From positions 3,840,001 to 3,904,000 of the forward strand of contig OZ251539.1 of assembly GCA_965243135.1 (NCBI GenBank): DNA of 64,000 nucleotides, given 5' to 3'. This document shows positions 40,811 through 52,085 of the stretch, one piece after another. The number at the start of each line of letters is the position of its first letter. Position 1 is the first letter of the stretch. The stretch comes from Alphaproteobacteria bacterium. GTDB taxonomy: Bacteria; Pseudomonadota; Alphaproteobacteria; MPNO01; UBA830. Made by a program: the position numbers and the translations under genes. Under the pieces are notes generated by a model. The model ran no database searches, had not been told where the DNA came from, and worked only from the letters and a program-made list of their open reading frames with translations.

Positions 40811-40897
40811 GGAAAGCGGCGAGGCCGCGATAGCGAGGCGGCTCGGCCGGAACCGCTGTCGCCGCCGTTTCTTTCGGGCGGACGAGCCGCGCGGGCC

Positions 40898-41704
40898 TCA
40901 CTTGCCTCTGAATACGGGGTTGCGCTTTTCCATGAACGCGGCGCGGCCCTCCGCGTAGTCCTCGCTCGCGAAGCAGGCATCGATCTCGGCCTGCACCCGC
41001 GACATGTCGCGGTCCTCCGCGTCGCGGAGCGCCGCACGGATCGACGTCTTCACCGAACGCAGGGTCAACGGCGCATTGGCGGCGATGGTCCGCGCGATTC
41101 CGGTCGCCGTGTCCCGGAGTTCCGCGGCCGCCGCGACCCGGTTGACCAACCCCATCGCGAGGGCTTCCTCGGCCGAATACCGGTTTCCGGTGAACAGCAT
41201 TTCGGCGGCGCGAGCCGGCCCGACGAGATCGATCAGACTGGCGACGGCCGCGTACGAAAACCCGAGCCCGAGCCTCGCGGGCGGCACCCCGAAACGCGCG
41301 TTGTCGGCCGCGATCCGGATGTCCGCTCGCATGGCGGTCATGACCCCGGCGCCGAGACAGTATCCGTTGATCATCGCGATCATCGGCTTCGAAAGCGCCG
41401 CCATTGCGCGGTCGGCGCGTTCCGACGCCCTGTCGTACTCCTTCCGCGCTTCTTCCGATGACCGCTTCTCGCCGAACTGCGAAATGTCCGAGCCCGAGAT
41501 GAACGCCCGGTCGCCGGCGCCCGCGAGCATCACCACGCGGATATCGTCGTCGTCTTCGAAATCCGCCAGGATGCCCGGGATCGCAACCCGCATGTCGTAG
41601 GTGACCGCGTTGCGCTTCGCCTGGTGGTCGTAGATCATCCAGCCGATCCCGCCTTCCTTGCGGGCCGTCATCTTGCCGGAGGCCTGTTCGGTGGGAGCCG
41701 TCAT
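40898..41704 (-). CDS. Enoyl-CoA hydratase/isomerase family protein
   Basis: AFISGSDIS, KPMIAMINGYCLGAG, EGRAAFMEKR. Confidence 0.92.
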   Translation of the reverse strand: MTAPTEQASGKMTARKEGGIGWMIYDHQAKRNAVTYDMRVAIPGILADFEDDDDIRVVMLAGAGDRAFISGSDISQFGEKRSSEEARKEYDRASERADRAMAALSKPMIAMINGYCLGAGVMTAMRADIRIAADNARFGVPPARLGLGFSYAAVASLIDLVGPARAAEMLFTGNRYSAEEALAMGLVNRVAAAAELRDTATGIARTIAANAPLTLRSVKTSIRAALRDAEDRDMSRVQAEIDACFASEDYAEGRAAFMEKRNPVFRGK

Positions 41705-41736
41705 GTCGCGATTTCCTGCGTCAGGGCGTTCGAAGG

Positions 41737-42912
41737 CTATATTGCGCCATCTTCGCGCAACCCGGCGACCGCCCCGTCATCGTATCCAAGGCCGGCGAGG
41801 ATGTCTCGCGTGTGCTCTCCGCGCTCGGGAGCCGCGCTGCGAATGCCGCGCGGCGCGCGGCTCATGTTCAACGCCGGGCCGACGACCCGCATGTCTCCGC
41901 GGGTCGGCGAGCGCACGGGCGCGGCGAGTCCGAGATGCCTGACTTGCGGGTCGGCGAAGACCCTGTCGATCGCGTGAATCGGCCCGCAAGGCACGCCGGC
42001 GTCGTTCAGGAGCTCGACCCACTCGGCGCCGGTCCGCCGCCGGGTGTATTCGGAAATCGCGGCGTTGAGGGCGTCCCGGTTGTCCGACCGCAGCCGCCCC
42101 GTCGCGTAGTCGGGATTGGCGGCAAGTTCGTCCGCGCCCAGCGCGCGGCAGAGCCGCTCGAACATATTCTGCCCTCCCGCCGCGATGTTGATGTGCCCGT
42201 CGCTGCAAGGATAGACGCCGGTCGGGATCGAGGTCGGGTGATTGTTTCCGGCCTGGGGCGGCACCTCGCCGCCGATCAGCCAGCGCGCCGCCTGGAAATC
42301 CAGCATGGAGACGAGCGACTCCAGAAGCGACGTGTGCACCCATTGCCCTTCTCCCGAGACCTCGCGTTCGAGAAGCGCGACGAGAATGCCCACGGCGCAG
42401 TAGAGGCCGGCCGAAAGATCTGCCACCGCCGTGCCGGCGCGAACCGGTCCCTGGCCCGGCAGGCCGGTGACCGACATCAGCCCGCCCAGGCCCTGGGCGA
42501 TCTGGTCGACGCCGGGACGGTCCCGGTAAGGGCCGTCCTGTCCGAACCCGGAAATCGACCCCAGAACGATTCCCGGATTGACGGCCCGGAGCGTTTCGTA
42601 ATCGATGCCGAGACGGCGTTTCACGTCGGGCCGGTAGTTCTCCACGACCACGTCGGCCTCGCGGACGAGCCGGAGGAAGATTTCGCGGCCCGCGCGCGCC
42701 TTCAGATTGAGGGTGAGAGAGCGCTTGTTGCGATGAAGATTCTGGAAATCCGGGCCGTGCCGGTCGCCCGTGACGCCTTCCTTGCCGTCGGCCGGCATCT
42801 CGATCATTATGCAGTCCGCGCCCCAGTCGGCCAGTTGCCGTACGCAGGCGGGACCTGCGCGAACCCGCGTCAGATCGAGAACCCTGAAGCGGGCGAGCGG
42901 CAATGGCGACAC
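41737..42912 (-). CDS. CaiB/BaiF family CoA transferase
   Basis: RVLDLTRVRAGP, RNKRSLTLNLK, ENYRP, SGFGQDGP. Confidence 0.93.
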   Translation of the reverse strand: MSPLPLARFRVLDLTRVRAGPACVRQLADWGADCIMIEMPADGKEGVTGDRHGPDFQNLHRNKRSLTLNLKARAGREIFLRLVREADVVVENYRPDVKRRLGIDYETLRAVNPGIVLGSISGFGQDGPYRDRPGVDQIAQGLGGLMSVTGLPGQGPVRAGTAVADLSAGLYCAVGILVALLEREVSGEGQWVHTSLLESLVSMLDFQAARWLIGGEVPPQAGNNHPTSIPTGVYPCSDGHINIAAGGQNMFERLCRALGADELAANPDYATGRLRSDNRDALNAAISEYTRRRTGAEWVELLNDAGVPCGPIHAIDRVFADPQVRHLGLAAPVRSPTRGDMRVVGPALNMSRAPRGIRSAAPERGEHTRDILAGLGYDDGAVAGLREDGAI

Positions 42913-43057
42913 GGAACGAACCTCCGGCGGCGATGTTCGATCAAGGTGAAACGCCGCGGCGCCCGTGTCAATCGGCGCGACCGCTTCGCCTCGAGCCTCG
43001 GTCGAAAAGGCCTTGCGGAACGAAGCGAAGCGCGTTATCTTCTCTTCCCGTTCCGGT

Positions 43058-43134
43058 CGGAGTGTAGCTCAGCCTGGTAGAGCACTGTCTTCGGGAGGCA
43101 GGGGCCGGTGGTTCGAATCCACTCACTCCGACCA
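43058..43134 (+). tRNA. tRNA-Pro(CGG)
   Basis: CGGAGTG acceptor stem, anticodon loop TTCGGGA, GGTTCGAATCC T-arm, encoded CCA. Confidence 0.96.
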
Positions 43135-43232
43135 GCCGTATCCCGCAATTCGCATTTTCCTCGACTCGCGGTCCGCGCCGAGACCCGTTCTCGTCCGCCG
43201 CCTCGCGCAACTTCCGCATGCCCGAACGGCCG

Positions 43233-44591
43233 TCAGCCGCCGACCTCGACGAGCCGAACCTTCCCGCTCTCGCGGGGAAGCGCGCCGGGCGGCAGCCACC
43301 GTATCTCCGGCGAAACCCGCAGGGTGCGACGGCAACGGGCGACGATTTCTCCGGCCAGCGCGTCGAGACCGTCCGCGGATTCGCCCTCCCCGAACTCCAC
43401 GCGCAGGCGAAGCGGCGGCGGCGCCAGCGGTCCCGGACGGTCGAGCGCAATCCGGAAGTGTCCGGTGACGCGCGGACGAAAAGCGGCGACGACGTCCGCG
43501 ATCGCCGACGGATACACGTTTACGCCTTTCACGATCAACATGTCGTCGACGCGACCGACAATCTTGAACAGCCGTCCCGGCGTCGGGAGGTTCGCCGGCT
43601 CGTCCCAGACCTGGATGAGGTCGCCGAGGGCGTAGCGCATGAAGGGCGTCCCTTCCCAGTCCAGGAAGGTGAAGACCATTTCGCCGATCGCGCCGTTCGT
43701 CTGCGCGACGGGTTCCCGGCTTTGCGGATCGATCAGTTCGAGCAGGCAATGGTCCTCCGAAACGAACTGCATGCCCGAGCAGCGCTCCGGCGGCTCGTCG
43801 GGAGAGATGCCGTGAAAGGCGTGCCCGCCGCCCGTATGGTCGAAGATCCTCGCGCCGAAGCCCTCGGCGAGGGCCTTCCGGACTTCCGGCATGCCGCCGC
43901 CGGGCTCGCCGGCGCAGAAGAACGTCCGCAGGCCGAGCGCCGCGGCCGGCTTCCCGGCGCGCTTCGGGCTTTCCTCGATCAGGTAAAGGCCGAAAGACGG
44001 CGTCGCGATGATCGCCCGAGGCCGGGTGAGTTCGATGAACCGCAACACGCGCTCGGTTCCCCCCTCGATGCCGACCGGAACGATGCAGGCGCCGAGATGC
44101 TGCACGCCCTGGGACACGGGAAGCCCGCCGGTGAACATGCTGAGCGAGACCGCCTGGATCATGACGTGGCCGGGACGAAGCCCGGCGCGCCAATACTTGC
44201 GCCCGTTCATCTCGTTTATGACCGCGACGTCGCGGGCGGTATGGGTGTAGAGGGTCGGAACGCCGGTCGTTCCGGAGGTCGAGACGATGCGCACGATCCT
44301 CTCGGCCGGCGCGCACGCGAGCAGCGCGTAGGGATTCCCGTACCGTTCGAGCGATTCCTGCTGCGACGCCCTGTGCTCCTCCTTCCCCATCAGCGGCAGC
44401 TTCGCGAAATCGTCGAAGTCTCCGATGTCCTCGGGGCGCGCGCCGACCGAGGCGAACTGGCGCCGGTAGAACTCCGAATTGTCGTGGTTGTACGTCAGTT
44501 GCCTCAGGAGGCGCCGGAGCTGCAAGGCCCGAATTTCGTCGCGCGACAGGGTCTCGACATCCGGATTCCACAAGAGGCGTTCGGTCGTCAT
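43233..44591 (-). CDS. Phenylacetate-CoA ligase family protein (PaaK-like)
   Basis: STSGTTGVP, AGEPG, RYALGD, GRVDDMLIVKGVNVYP. Confidence 0.88.
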   Translation of the reverse strand: MTTERLLWNPDVETLSRDEIRALQLRRLLRQLTYNHDNSEFYRRQFASVGARPEDIGDFDDFAKLPLMGKEEHRASQQESLERYGNPYALLACAPAERIVRIVSTSGTTGVPTLYTHTARDVAVINEMNGRKYWRAGLRPGHVMIQAVSLSMFTGGLPVSQGVQHLGACIVPVGIEGGTERVLRFIELTRPRAIIATPSFGLYLIEESPKRAGKPAAALGLRTFFCAGEPGGGMPEVRKALAEGFGARIFDHTGGGHAFHGISPDEPPERCSGMQFVSEDHCLLELIDPQSREPVAQTNGAIGEMVFTFLDWEGTPFMRYALGDLIQVWDEPANLPTPGRLFKIVGRVDDMLIVKGVNVYPSAIADVVAAFRPRVTGHFRIALDRPGPLAPPPLRLRVEFGEGESADGLDALAGEIVARCRRTLRVSPEIRWLPPGALPRESGKVRLVEVGG

Positions 44592-46891
44592 CCGCCGGTC
44601 TCCAAGCTCCCCGCGGAAGCGCCCGGCCGCGGGTTCGTCGCCGCCAGGACCGCCTCCGGCCGGAGCGGCAGACTGTAGAGCGGCTCAAGATCGGCGCGCG
44701 GCCCGGCAATCCGCGAGACGGCGTTGACGACGGCCGGCGGCGCGGGCATGACGCCGCCTTCTCCCACGCCCCGCACCCCGAGCGGATTGGTCGTCGGCGC
44801 CGAGCGTACGTGGTCGAGCCGGACCCGCGGCGCTTCGGCCGCCGTCATCACGAGGTAGTCGGCGAGCGTTCCGGTCAGCAACTGTCCGTTCTCGTCATAG
44901 AGGATTTCCGAAAGCGCCGCGCATCCCATGCCTTCGACCGCGCCGCCGACGATCTGGCCCTCGACGATCATCTCGTTCAGCATCCTGCCCGCATCGTGCA
45001 AAACGTAGTAGTCGACGATCCTGACGCGGCCCGATTGCCGGTCGACGGCGACCCTTGCGGCGTGCACCGAGAGCGCGAACGTCAGCGCGCCCCGGCTATC
45101 GTGCACGAACTCCGCCTCCAGGGCCGCGGCGCCCGCGTGAAGCTGTCCGCCGGGCGAGACGGCGCGGGCAATCTCGGCGAGCGACAGTCCGGTCGTTTCG
45201 CCGTCGCGACAGGCTATCGCGCCGCGCCGCATCTCTAGCTCTTCGGGCCGGCGCTGCAGGAGCGCGCCGGCGCATTCGAGAATCTTGGCGCGAAGCCGGC
45301 GGGCCGCCCCGGCAACGGCGTTGGCGCCGACGACGGCGCCCCGGCTCGCGAACGTGCCGTGCCCGAACGCAAGGGCGTCGGTGTCGCCCAGCCACACCTG
45401 CTCCGGGGCGACGCCGAGTATTTCCGCGACCACGCTCGCGCAGGCCGTCGCCTGCCCCTGGCCCTGGGTCGTCAAACCCGAGCACAGGGCCACATTACCC
45501 GCCCCGTCGACCCTTATTCTTGCGGCTTCGAGGCCGACGAACCCCGTCGCCTCGATCCCGCAGGCAAGGCCCCACGCGGCCCGCTCGCCGGAGGGCAACG
45601 TTTCGACGCTTTCGTCGTACCCGCTGCGATCCGCCGCGCGGCGCACCATCGCGGGAAAGTCGCCGCTCTCGAAACGCGCTCCCGGACCGGCGTAGGGTAT
45701 GGAGGGCGCGTAGGGCATGTCGCGGGGCGCCACGATGTTGCGAAGCCGAACCTCGCTCGCGGAGATCCCCAGGTCCGCGGCGACGAGATCGAGCATGCAT
45801 TCCAACGGGAACGTCGCTTCAGGTTGGCCTGCGCCGCGATAAGTGGCGGCGGGCGTCTTGTTGGTGCCGACGCAAAGCGCGTTCACTTCGACATTCGGAA
45901 TCCCGTAAGGGCCGGCGCATTGTCCGGCGGCGACCTCGGCCGCAAGAACCCCGCTGGCGGCGACGTAGGCGCCGATATCGACGATCAGTCTCGCGCGCAG
46001 CGCATGAATTCGGCCGTCGTCGTCGTAGCCGACTTCGATCCTGGTGTCCGTCGCGCGCGAATGGGTCGTCGCGCGAAGGCTTTCCGCCCTGTCTTCTATC
46101 CACTTGACGGGCCGTCCGAGCAACCGGCTCGCGTAACTGACGACGATTTCCTCGGGGTAGGGTCTCGATTTGGCGCCGAACCCGCCGCCAACGTCTTCGG
46201 CGACGACGCGCACGGCCTGTTCGGGAAGGTCGAGCAATTCCGCCAGGTTGGCGCGAACGCTGTAATGAGTCTGCGTCGACACCCAAGCCGTCAACCTGCC
46301 GCGGCCCGCGTCGAATTCCGCGACGCAGCCGCGAGGTTCGAGAGGCAGGCCCGACTGGCGGCCGAAACGGAAGCGGCGCGAGAGCCGCCTTGGGCACCTG
46401 TCCATGACGTCGGCGGCGTCGCCCGCCCGGTTGACGAGTTCGGCCGCCACGTTGTCCGTCCATTCGTCGTGAAGCCCGATCGCTCCCGGCGCCATCGCGG
46501 CTTCCGCCGTCGCGAGAACGGGCAAGGGCCGGTAATCGACCTCGACCAGAGGCGCCAGATCCTCGGCCCGGTACCGGTCGTCGGCGACCAGCAAAGCGAC
46601 GGGCTCGCCCACGTATCGGACCCGGTCGACGGCGAGAAGCGGCGGCTTGCCGCCGCGGATGTTCGGATTCCAGTAACGGGCCGCAAGCCGCCGCTCGATG
46701 AAGGGCAGGTCGCGGGCGGCGAGAACCGCCCGCGCGCCGGCGGACAGAGCGCGGGACGCATCGATCGAAACCACCTTCGCGTGCGCCATCGGGCTGCGCA
46801 GAAAGACGCCGTGAACCATCCGGTCGAGATGAATGTCGTCGGCGAACCGCGCCCGCGCCCTAAGAAGTCTGGGATCCTCGCGCCGGCCCAT
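44588..46891 (-). CDS. Xanthine dehydrogenase / CoxL-like molybdopterin-binding subunit
   Basis: RREDPRLL, RSPMAHA, DVGGGFGAK, YRGAGQP, QGQGQ, GVGEGG. Confidence 0.88.
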   Translation of the reverse strand: MGRREDPRLLRARARFADDIHLDRMVHGVFLRSPMAHAKVVSIDASRALSAGARAVLAARDLPFIERRLAARYWNPNIRGGKPPLLAVDRVRYVGEPVALLVADDRYRAEDLAPLVEVDYRPLPVLATAEAAMAPGAIGLHDEWTDNVAAELVNRAGDAADVMDRCPRRLSRRFRFGRQSGLPLEPRGCVAEFDAGRGRLTAWVSTQTHYSVRANLAELLDLPEQAVRVVAEDVGGGFGAKSRPYPEEIVVSYASRLLGRPVKWIEDRAESLRATTHSRATDTRIEVGYDDDGRIHALRARLIVDIGAYVAASGVLAAEVAAGQCAGPYGIPNVEVNALCVGTNKTPAATYRGAGQPEATFPLECMLDLVAADLGISASEVRLRNIVAPRDMPYAPSIPYAGPGARFESGDFPAMVRRAADRSGYDESVETLPSGERAAWGLACGIEATGFVGLEAARIRVDGAGNVALCSGLTTQGQGQATACASVVAEILGVAPEQVWLGDTDALAFGHGTFASRGAVVGANAVAGAARRLRAKILECAGALLQRRPEELEMRRGAIACRDGETTGLSLAEIARAVSPGGQLHAGAAALEAEFVHDSRGALTFALSVHAARVAVDRQSGRVRIVDYYVLHDAGRMLNEMIVEGQIVGGAVEGMGCAALSEILYDENGQLLTGTLADYLVMTAAEAPRVRLDHVRSAPTTNPLGVRGVGEGGVMPAPPAVVNAVSRIAGPRADLEPLYSLPLRPEAVLAATNPRPGASAGSLETGG

Positions 46892-46963
46892 CGGCTACGA
46901 ACGGGCCTGCAGGGCCGGACGGTCCGGCCGAGGGCGAAAGGCGGAAGGCCTGCGGTCCATCGC

Positions 46964-47749
46964 TCAGAAAAGAGGTCCCTTGTTGACCATGCCGCCGTCC
47001 ACCGTGACGATCGTGCCGGTCGTGTAGGCTGACAGGTCCGACGCGAGAAAGATCGCCATGTGAGCGATTTCGTCCACCGTCGCGGCGCGGCCGAAGGCGA
47101 ACGGATCGAGGAATTCCTCGTAACGGCTCTCGTCGTTCCACTTGTCGCGCGCCGCCTTCTTCATCATGCTCACCAGCTTCTCGGTCGCGACGGGACCCGG
47201 ATTGAGGCCGACCACCCTGACGCCGTCCTTCGGCGAATCTCCGCCCAACGCCCGCGTGAAGGCCATCAACGCCGCGTTGCCGGTGCTGCCGCAGATATAG
47301 TCGGAAACCGGTTTCTCGCCGCCGTTGCCGATGACGTTCAGTATCACGCCGCTCCCCCGCGCCTTCATGGCCGCGTAGAAGTGGCGGCAGAGATTGATGG
47401 CGCCGAATACTTTGAGGTCCCAGACCTCCCGCCACTGCGTCTCCGCGATTTCGTCGATCTTCCCTTTTGGAATCGCGCCGGCCGAGTTGACGAGAATGTC
47501 CGCGTCCGGACAGGCGGCGAACAACGCGCGCTGGTTTTCGCTTTTGCCGAGGTCCAGCGGGCAGCACGTCACCGACACGCCGCGAGCGGCTTCGAGCTCC
47601 GCCTTCAGTTCGTCGAGCCGCTCCGCATTGCGCGAGGCCACGAACAGGTTCGCGCCCTGAGCGGCCAGGCCGGAGGCGATGGCGCGCCCGATGCCTTCGG
47701 AAGCGCCGGTGACCACGGCGCATCGCCCTTCAAGCCCTGTATCAAGCAC
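46964..47749 (-). CDS. SDR family oxidoreductase
   Basis: TGASEGIG, NPGPVAT, VDGG; GTG start after GGAGG. Confidence 0.9.
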   Translation of the reverse strand: MLDTGLEGRCAVVTGASEGIGRAIASGLAAQGANLFVASRNAERLDELKAELEAARGVSVTCCPLDLGKSENQRALFAACPDADILVNSAGAIPKGKIDEIAETQWREVWDLKVFGAINLCRHFYAAMKARGSGVILNVIGNGGEKPVSDYICGSTGNAALMAFTRALGGDSPKDGVRVVGLNPGPVATEKLVSMMKKAARDKWNDESRYEEFLDPFAFGRAATVDEIAHMAIFLASDLSAYTTGTIVTVDGGMVNKGPLF

Positions 47750-48861
47750 CGTTCGCCTCCCTTGCGGACGGACTCTCCGCTTGCCCGCCTCGCTTCGCGA
47801 CGCCTGCGTCCCCGACCATAGTTCGCCCTTCCAGTCCGGAAGCAAGGACAGTATGGATTTTTCCTCTCGTTCGCGGAAGGTCCAGGCTGCGGCCTGTCGT
47901 CCTGCCGATTTGGAAGCGTCCGGCGAACGCGCACGGCCCCGTGCCGCGAAGCCCGCGCGTCCGGAAACGGACTCTCGCCGACACGCCGCGGCGCGACGAG
48001 AAGTCGAGGCTGCCGTCTCCGTCAGCCGCAGGTCGGCTTCTCGCGGCGACGGCAACCGTTCTCGCGGATCTTGCGGAAGGTGCCGACGGACGGCTCGCGT
48101 CTCGTCGCGCCGCAAGCGCCGCCCGAAAGGACGCGCGGCGTCATGCTCCACGGCGTCGACAGCGAACAACACGAACGAGCTTGCGCTCCGGAACGCCGTC
48201 GACGCGCGACATGGCCGGCGAAGCGCCCTATGTTATCGTCGGAGTTCAGTATGGATGAGGCGGCAATTCGTGCTTCGGGAAAGCATTGACGCTCCGTCCG
48301 GCAGACAGCCGGCATCGAGAAGACGAGCCGCGGCCGGTCGGCGGCGGCAATGAAAGCATCGCGAACCGGATACCGCCTCGGCGTCGACGTAGGCGGCACG
48401 TTCACGGATTTCCTGCTGGTCGACGACGAGGGGAAAAGCCGCGTCTTCAAGACGCCCTCCACGCCGCGCGATCCTGCGGAAGCGGTGCTCGACGGCCTCG
48501 CGGAGATCGCCGCCGACCTCGGGCTTCCGGATTTCCTGGAACGGGTGGAGCGGATCGTCCACGGCACCACGGTGGCCACTAACGCGATACTGACCGGCGC
48601 GGCGGCGCGAACCGGCCTTCTGACGACCCGCGGTTTCCGGGACGCGCTGCAGATGAGGCGCGGCATTCGCGAAGAACGCTACGACAACAAGTGCACGGCG
48701 CCGGAACCCATCGTGCCGCGCTGGCTGCGGCTGCCGGCGCGGGAACGGATCGATCACCGCGGCAAGGAGGTCGCGCCGCTCGCGCTCGAAGACGTGGAAG
48801 CCGCCGCCAGGCTGTTCGACGAGGCCGGCGTCGAAGCGGCCGCCATCTGCTTCATGCACGC

Positions 48862-50510
48862 CAGCAATTCCCGCTAAGGCTCGAAACCCTTGAAAAATAT
48901 GGGGCCGGAAAAAAGTCTTTCGTGGACTTTTCGAGGTGATTCGGGGCTATTTGCCTTCGAGCGGAGCATTTTTCTCTGGAAAGTGGTCCGAAGGCGAGGC
49001 GGGATTGTAACCAAAATGGCCAGAATGCCAGGCATGCGCAAGACGCTCAGCGCTCCGGGATTGCTGAAGGAAGTGCGAGCTTGTTTCGACCGTATCGAAG
49101 ATCCGATCGCGAGCAGGGGGCTGAACCAGACGGACTGTCTGATGTCGGGTCTAGCGGTGTTCGGTATGAAGTATGCGTCGCTTCTGCAATTCGACGAGGC
49201 CGCGCACGCCGACGAAGTGGTTCGGCACAACCTCGCGACCTTATACGGCGTCAAGCGCGTGCCGTCGGACACTGCGATGCGCGAACGGCTTGACGAAGTC
49301 TGTCCGCGGCAATTGCGGCGTTGTTTCACGAAGATGTTCCAGGTTTTGCAACGAGGCAAGGGATTGGAAGAATACACTTGTCTGAACGGGCATTACGCTC
49401 TTTCGATCGATGGAACGGGATACTTCTCGTCGGACAAGGTGCACTGTAAAAATTGCTGCGAGAAACACCACCGCGACGGTACGATTACCTACTACCACCA
49501 GATGTTGGGAGCCGTTCTGGTGCATCCGGAACAAAAGGAGGTTTTTCCGTTTGCACCGGAACCGATCCTGAAGGAAGACGGCGCAAAAAAGAACGATTGC
49601 GAACGCAACGCAGCGAAACGGCTTCTGAAAGATGTGCGTCGCGAACACCCGCACCTGAAGCTGGTTGTGTTGGAAGATGGGCTGGCCTCGAACGGACCGC
49701 ATGCCAATCTTCTCAAGGAGTTAGACATGCGTTTCATACTGGGGGCGAAGCCCGGCGACCACAAGTTCCTGTTCGAGTGGGTCAACAACGCGCCGTCCGT
49801 GGAGCGCCGGGAGTTCACGGACGGTGACAACATACGGCACGAATTCCGGTATCTTAACGGAGTGCCTCTGAACGATACGCACTTCGACCTCAAAGTGAAC
49901 TTTCTCGAATACTGGGAGAAGCTCCCAAACGGCAAGAAACAACGTTTCTCCTGGGTCACGGATCTGCCAATTGACGAAGGGAACCTGATGGAGTTGATGC
50001 GCACCGGGCGGGCGCGCTGGAAGATCGAGAACGAAACTTTCAACACCCTGAAGAACCAAGGCTACTGCTTTGAGCACAACTTCGGTCACGGTAACAAGAA
50101 TCTGTCGACGGTCTTTGCGTTCCTGATGATGCTGGCGTTCCTGATTGACCAGATTCAACAGCGATGTTGCAAACTGTTCCAACAGGCGCAAACGAAGGCC
50201 AAGCGGCCCATTTACTTCTGGGAAAAGGCGCGGGGATTGTTTCTCGAATACTTCTTGAAGGACTGGGAAACACTCTACCGAATGATCGCGTTTGGATACC
50301 GGAAAGCAGAGGGAATTCCCTACGACACCTCCTGACCTGGCACCGTGACCGAATGTGCTAAAGCAAGTTTTTCAGGGGAAACAGGATGGTCAAGGCTAAG
50401 TCGGCACCAAGCCGAAGCGGGGAAGGTGCGTCGCGGCGGCTGGTCCCTCGGTAACGACGCTATCTCGACGCGCCTTTCGCAAAGGGCGGCCACCTTAGCG
50501 GGAATTTCTG
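48862..50510 (+). mobile_element. Complete insertion sequence, 1649 bp
   Basis: 18-bp IRs CAGCAATTCCCGCTAAGG / CCTTAGCGGGAATTTCTG (1 mismatch); 9-bp TSD CATGCACGC at 48853-48861 and 50511-50519. Confidence 0.95.
49016..50335 (+). CDS. DDE transposase (IS4-like/ISNCY-type; family not firmly assigned)
   Basis: SIDGTG, EDGL, RARWKIENETFNTLK. Confidence 0.9.
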   Translation: MARMPGMRKTLSAPGLLKEVRACFDRIEDPIASRGLNQTDCLMSGLAVFGMKYASLLQFDEAAHADEVVRHNLATLYGVKRVPSDTAMRERLDEVCPRQLRRCFTKMFQVLQRGKGLEEYTCLNGHYALSIDGTGYFSSDKVHCKNCCEKHHRDGTITYYHQMLGAVLVHPEQKEVFPFAPEPILKEDGAKKNDCERNAAKRLLKDVRREHPHLKLVVLEDGLASNGPHANLLKELDMRFILGAKPGDHKFLFEWVNNAPSVERREFTDGDNIRHEFRYLNGVPLNDTHFDLKVNFLEYWEKLPNGKKQRFSWVTDLPIDEGNLMELMRTGRARWKIENETFNTLKNQGYCFEHNFGHGNKNLSTVFAFLMMLAFLIDQIQQRCCKLFQQAQTKAKRPIYFWEKARGLFLEYFLKDWETLYRMIAFGYRKAEGIPYDTS

Positions 50511-52085
50511 CATGCACGCCTACGCCAACGATGCCCACGAGCGCGCCGCCGCGAAGCGGCTGCGGGAATTTCTGCCCGAACTCTACGTCTCGATTTCCTC
50601 CGAAGTCCTGCCCCAGGTGCGCTTCTACGAACGCGTCAGCACGACGGTTCTGAACGCCGCCGTCGGTCCGATCCTCGAGGCGTACATCGACCGCCTGGCG
50701 GCGCGGCTCGGGCAGGCGGGTTTCTCGGGCGCGCTGTGGATCATGCAATCCAACGGCGGCGTGTGCGCGCCGGAAGCGGCGGCGCGCCGGCCGGCGCACG
50801 CGCTGCTGTCGGGGCCCGCCGCCGGACCCGTCGCGGGACTCTCCTGCGCCGGGCGCAGAAACGAAAACAGCTTCATAACCATCGACATGGGCGGAACGAG
50901 CTTCGAGGCCTGCCTCGTGCGGGACGGCGCGCCGACGATAACGACGGACGCCACCGTCGGACGCTTCGCAATGGCGCTGCCGTCCATGGACATCAAGAGC
51001 ATCGGCGCGGGCGGCGGCTCCATCGCCTGGATCGACAGCGGCGGCCTTCTTCACATGGGACCGCAAAGCGCCGGCGCCAGGCCCGGCCCCGCTTGCTACG
51101 GTCTCGGCGGAAACGAACCGACCTGCAGCGACGCCAACCTCCTGCTGGGATATCTTTCGGCCGGGCGGTTCGCCGGAGGCCGCCTCCCTCTCGACGCGGA
51201 TCGCGCGCGCGACGCGATCGAGAAACGCATCGCCGTCCCTCTCGGCTGCGACGCGACCGAAGCGGCCGCCGGCATGTACCGGCTCCTGAACACGGCCATG
51301 GCGGCCGCGATTCGCGAGATTTCCGTCGAGCGCGGCGTGGACCCGCGCGACTTTCCCATGATCTGCGCGGGAGGAGCCGGCGCGATCCATGCCGCGATGA
51401 TCGCCCGCGAAGTCGGCATCCGGCAGGTGCTGGTTCCCTGCGACGCTTCGGTCTTCTGCGCCGCGGGCATGATGCATGCGGATCTGCGGCACGATTTCGT
51501 GCGATCGTGCGCGGCGCCGCTGGCGAACGGCGCGCTGGACCGCCTGCCCGTCCTGATGGCGGAGATGGAGGACGAAGGGCGTCGCGCGCTCGCGGGCATG
51601 ACGGAAATGCGGTTCGATCATGCGCTCGACCTCCGCTATGTCGGCCAATACCATGAAGTGCGGGTGGATCGGATTCCCGAAGAGGCGATCGAGGGCCCCG
51701 ACCCCGAGATCGTCCGGAAGTCGTTCCACGAGGCGCACGAACGGCTCTACGGCTACGCGCTCGAAGACGCGCCTGTGGAACTGATCAACGCCAGGCTCGC
51801 CGCGGTGGGGATTACGGAAAAACCCGCGCCGACCGAGCAACCCGAAGCCGGAGACGACCCGGAACCCGCCTTCCGCGAGCGGCGCAGGATCTTTCTGCCC
51901 GAGGGCCGGCGTTTTTCGGAAGCGCCGGTCTACGACGGCGACAGGCTTTCTCACGGCAACCGCCTCGCAGGACCGGCCGTCGTCGAAACCGCGGTGACGA
52001 CCATCCTCGTGCCCGAGGATTTCGCGCTGTTCGTCGATCGCTTCGGAACCGCGGTGCTCACCGACGAATCCCGGAGCGCCGGCCC

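Noticed and set aside
43058-43134. tRNA-Pro as an island attachment site
   Set aside because: No duplicate of its 3' end or adjacent integrase seen in the window.
47750-48349. Possible gene remnant between the SDR and hydantoinase A
   Set aside because: Only vague peptide resemblance; no convincing motif.
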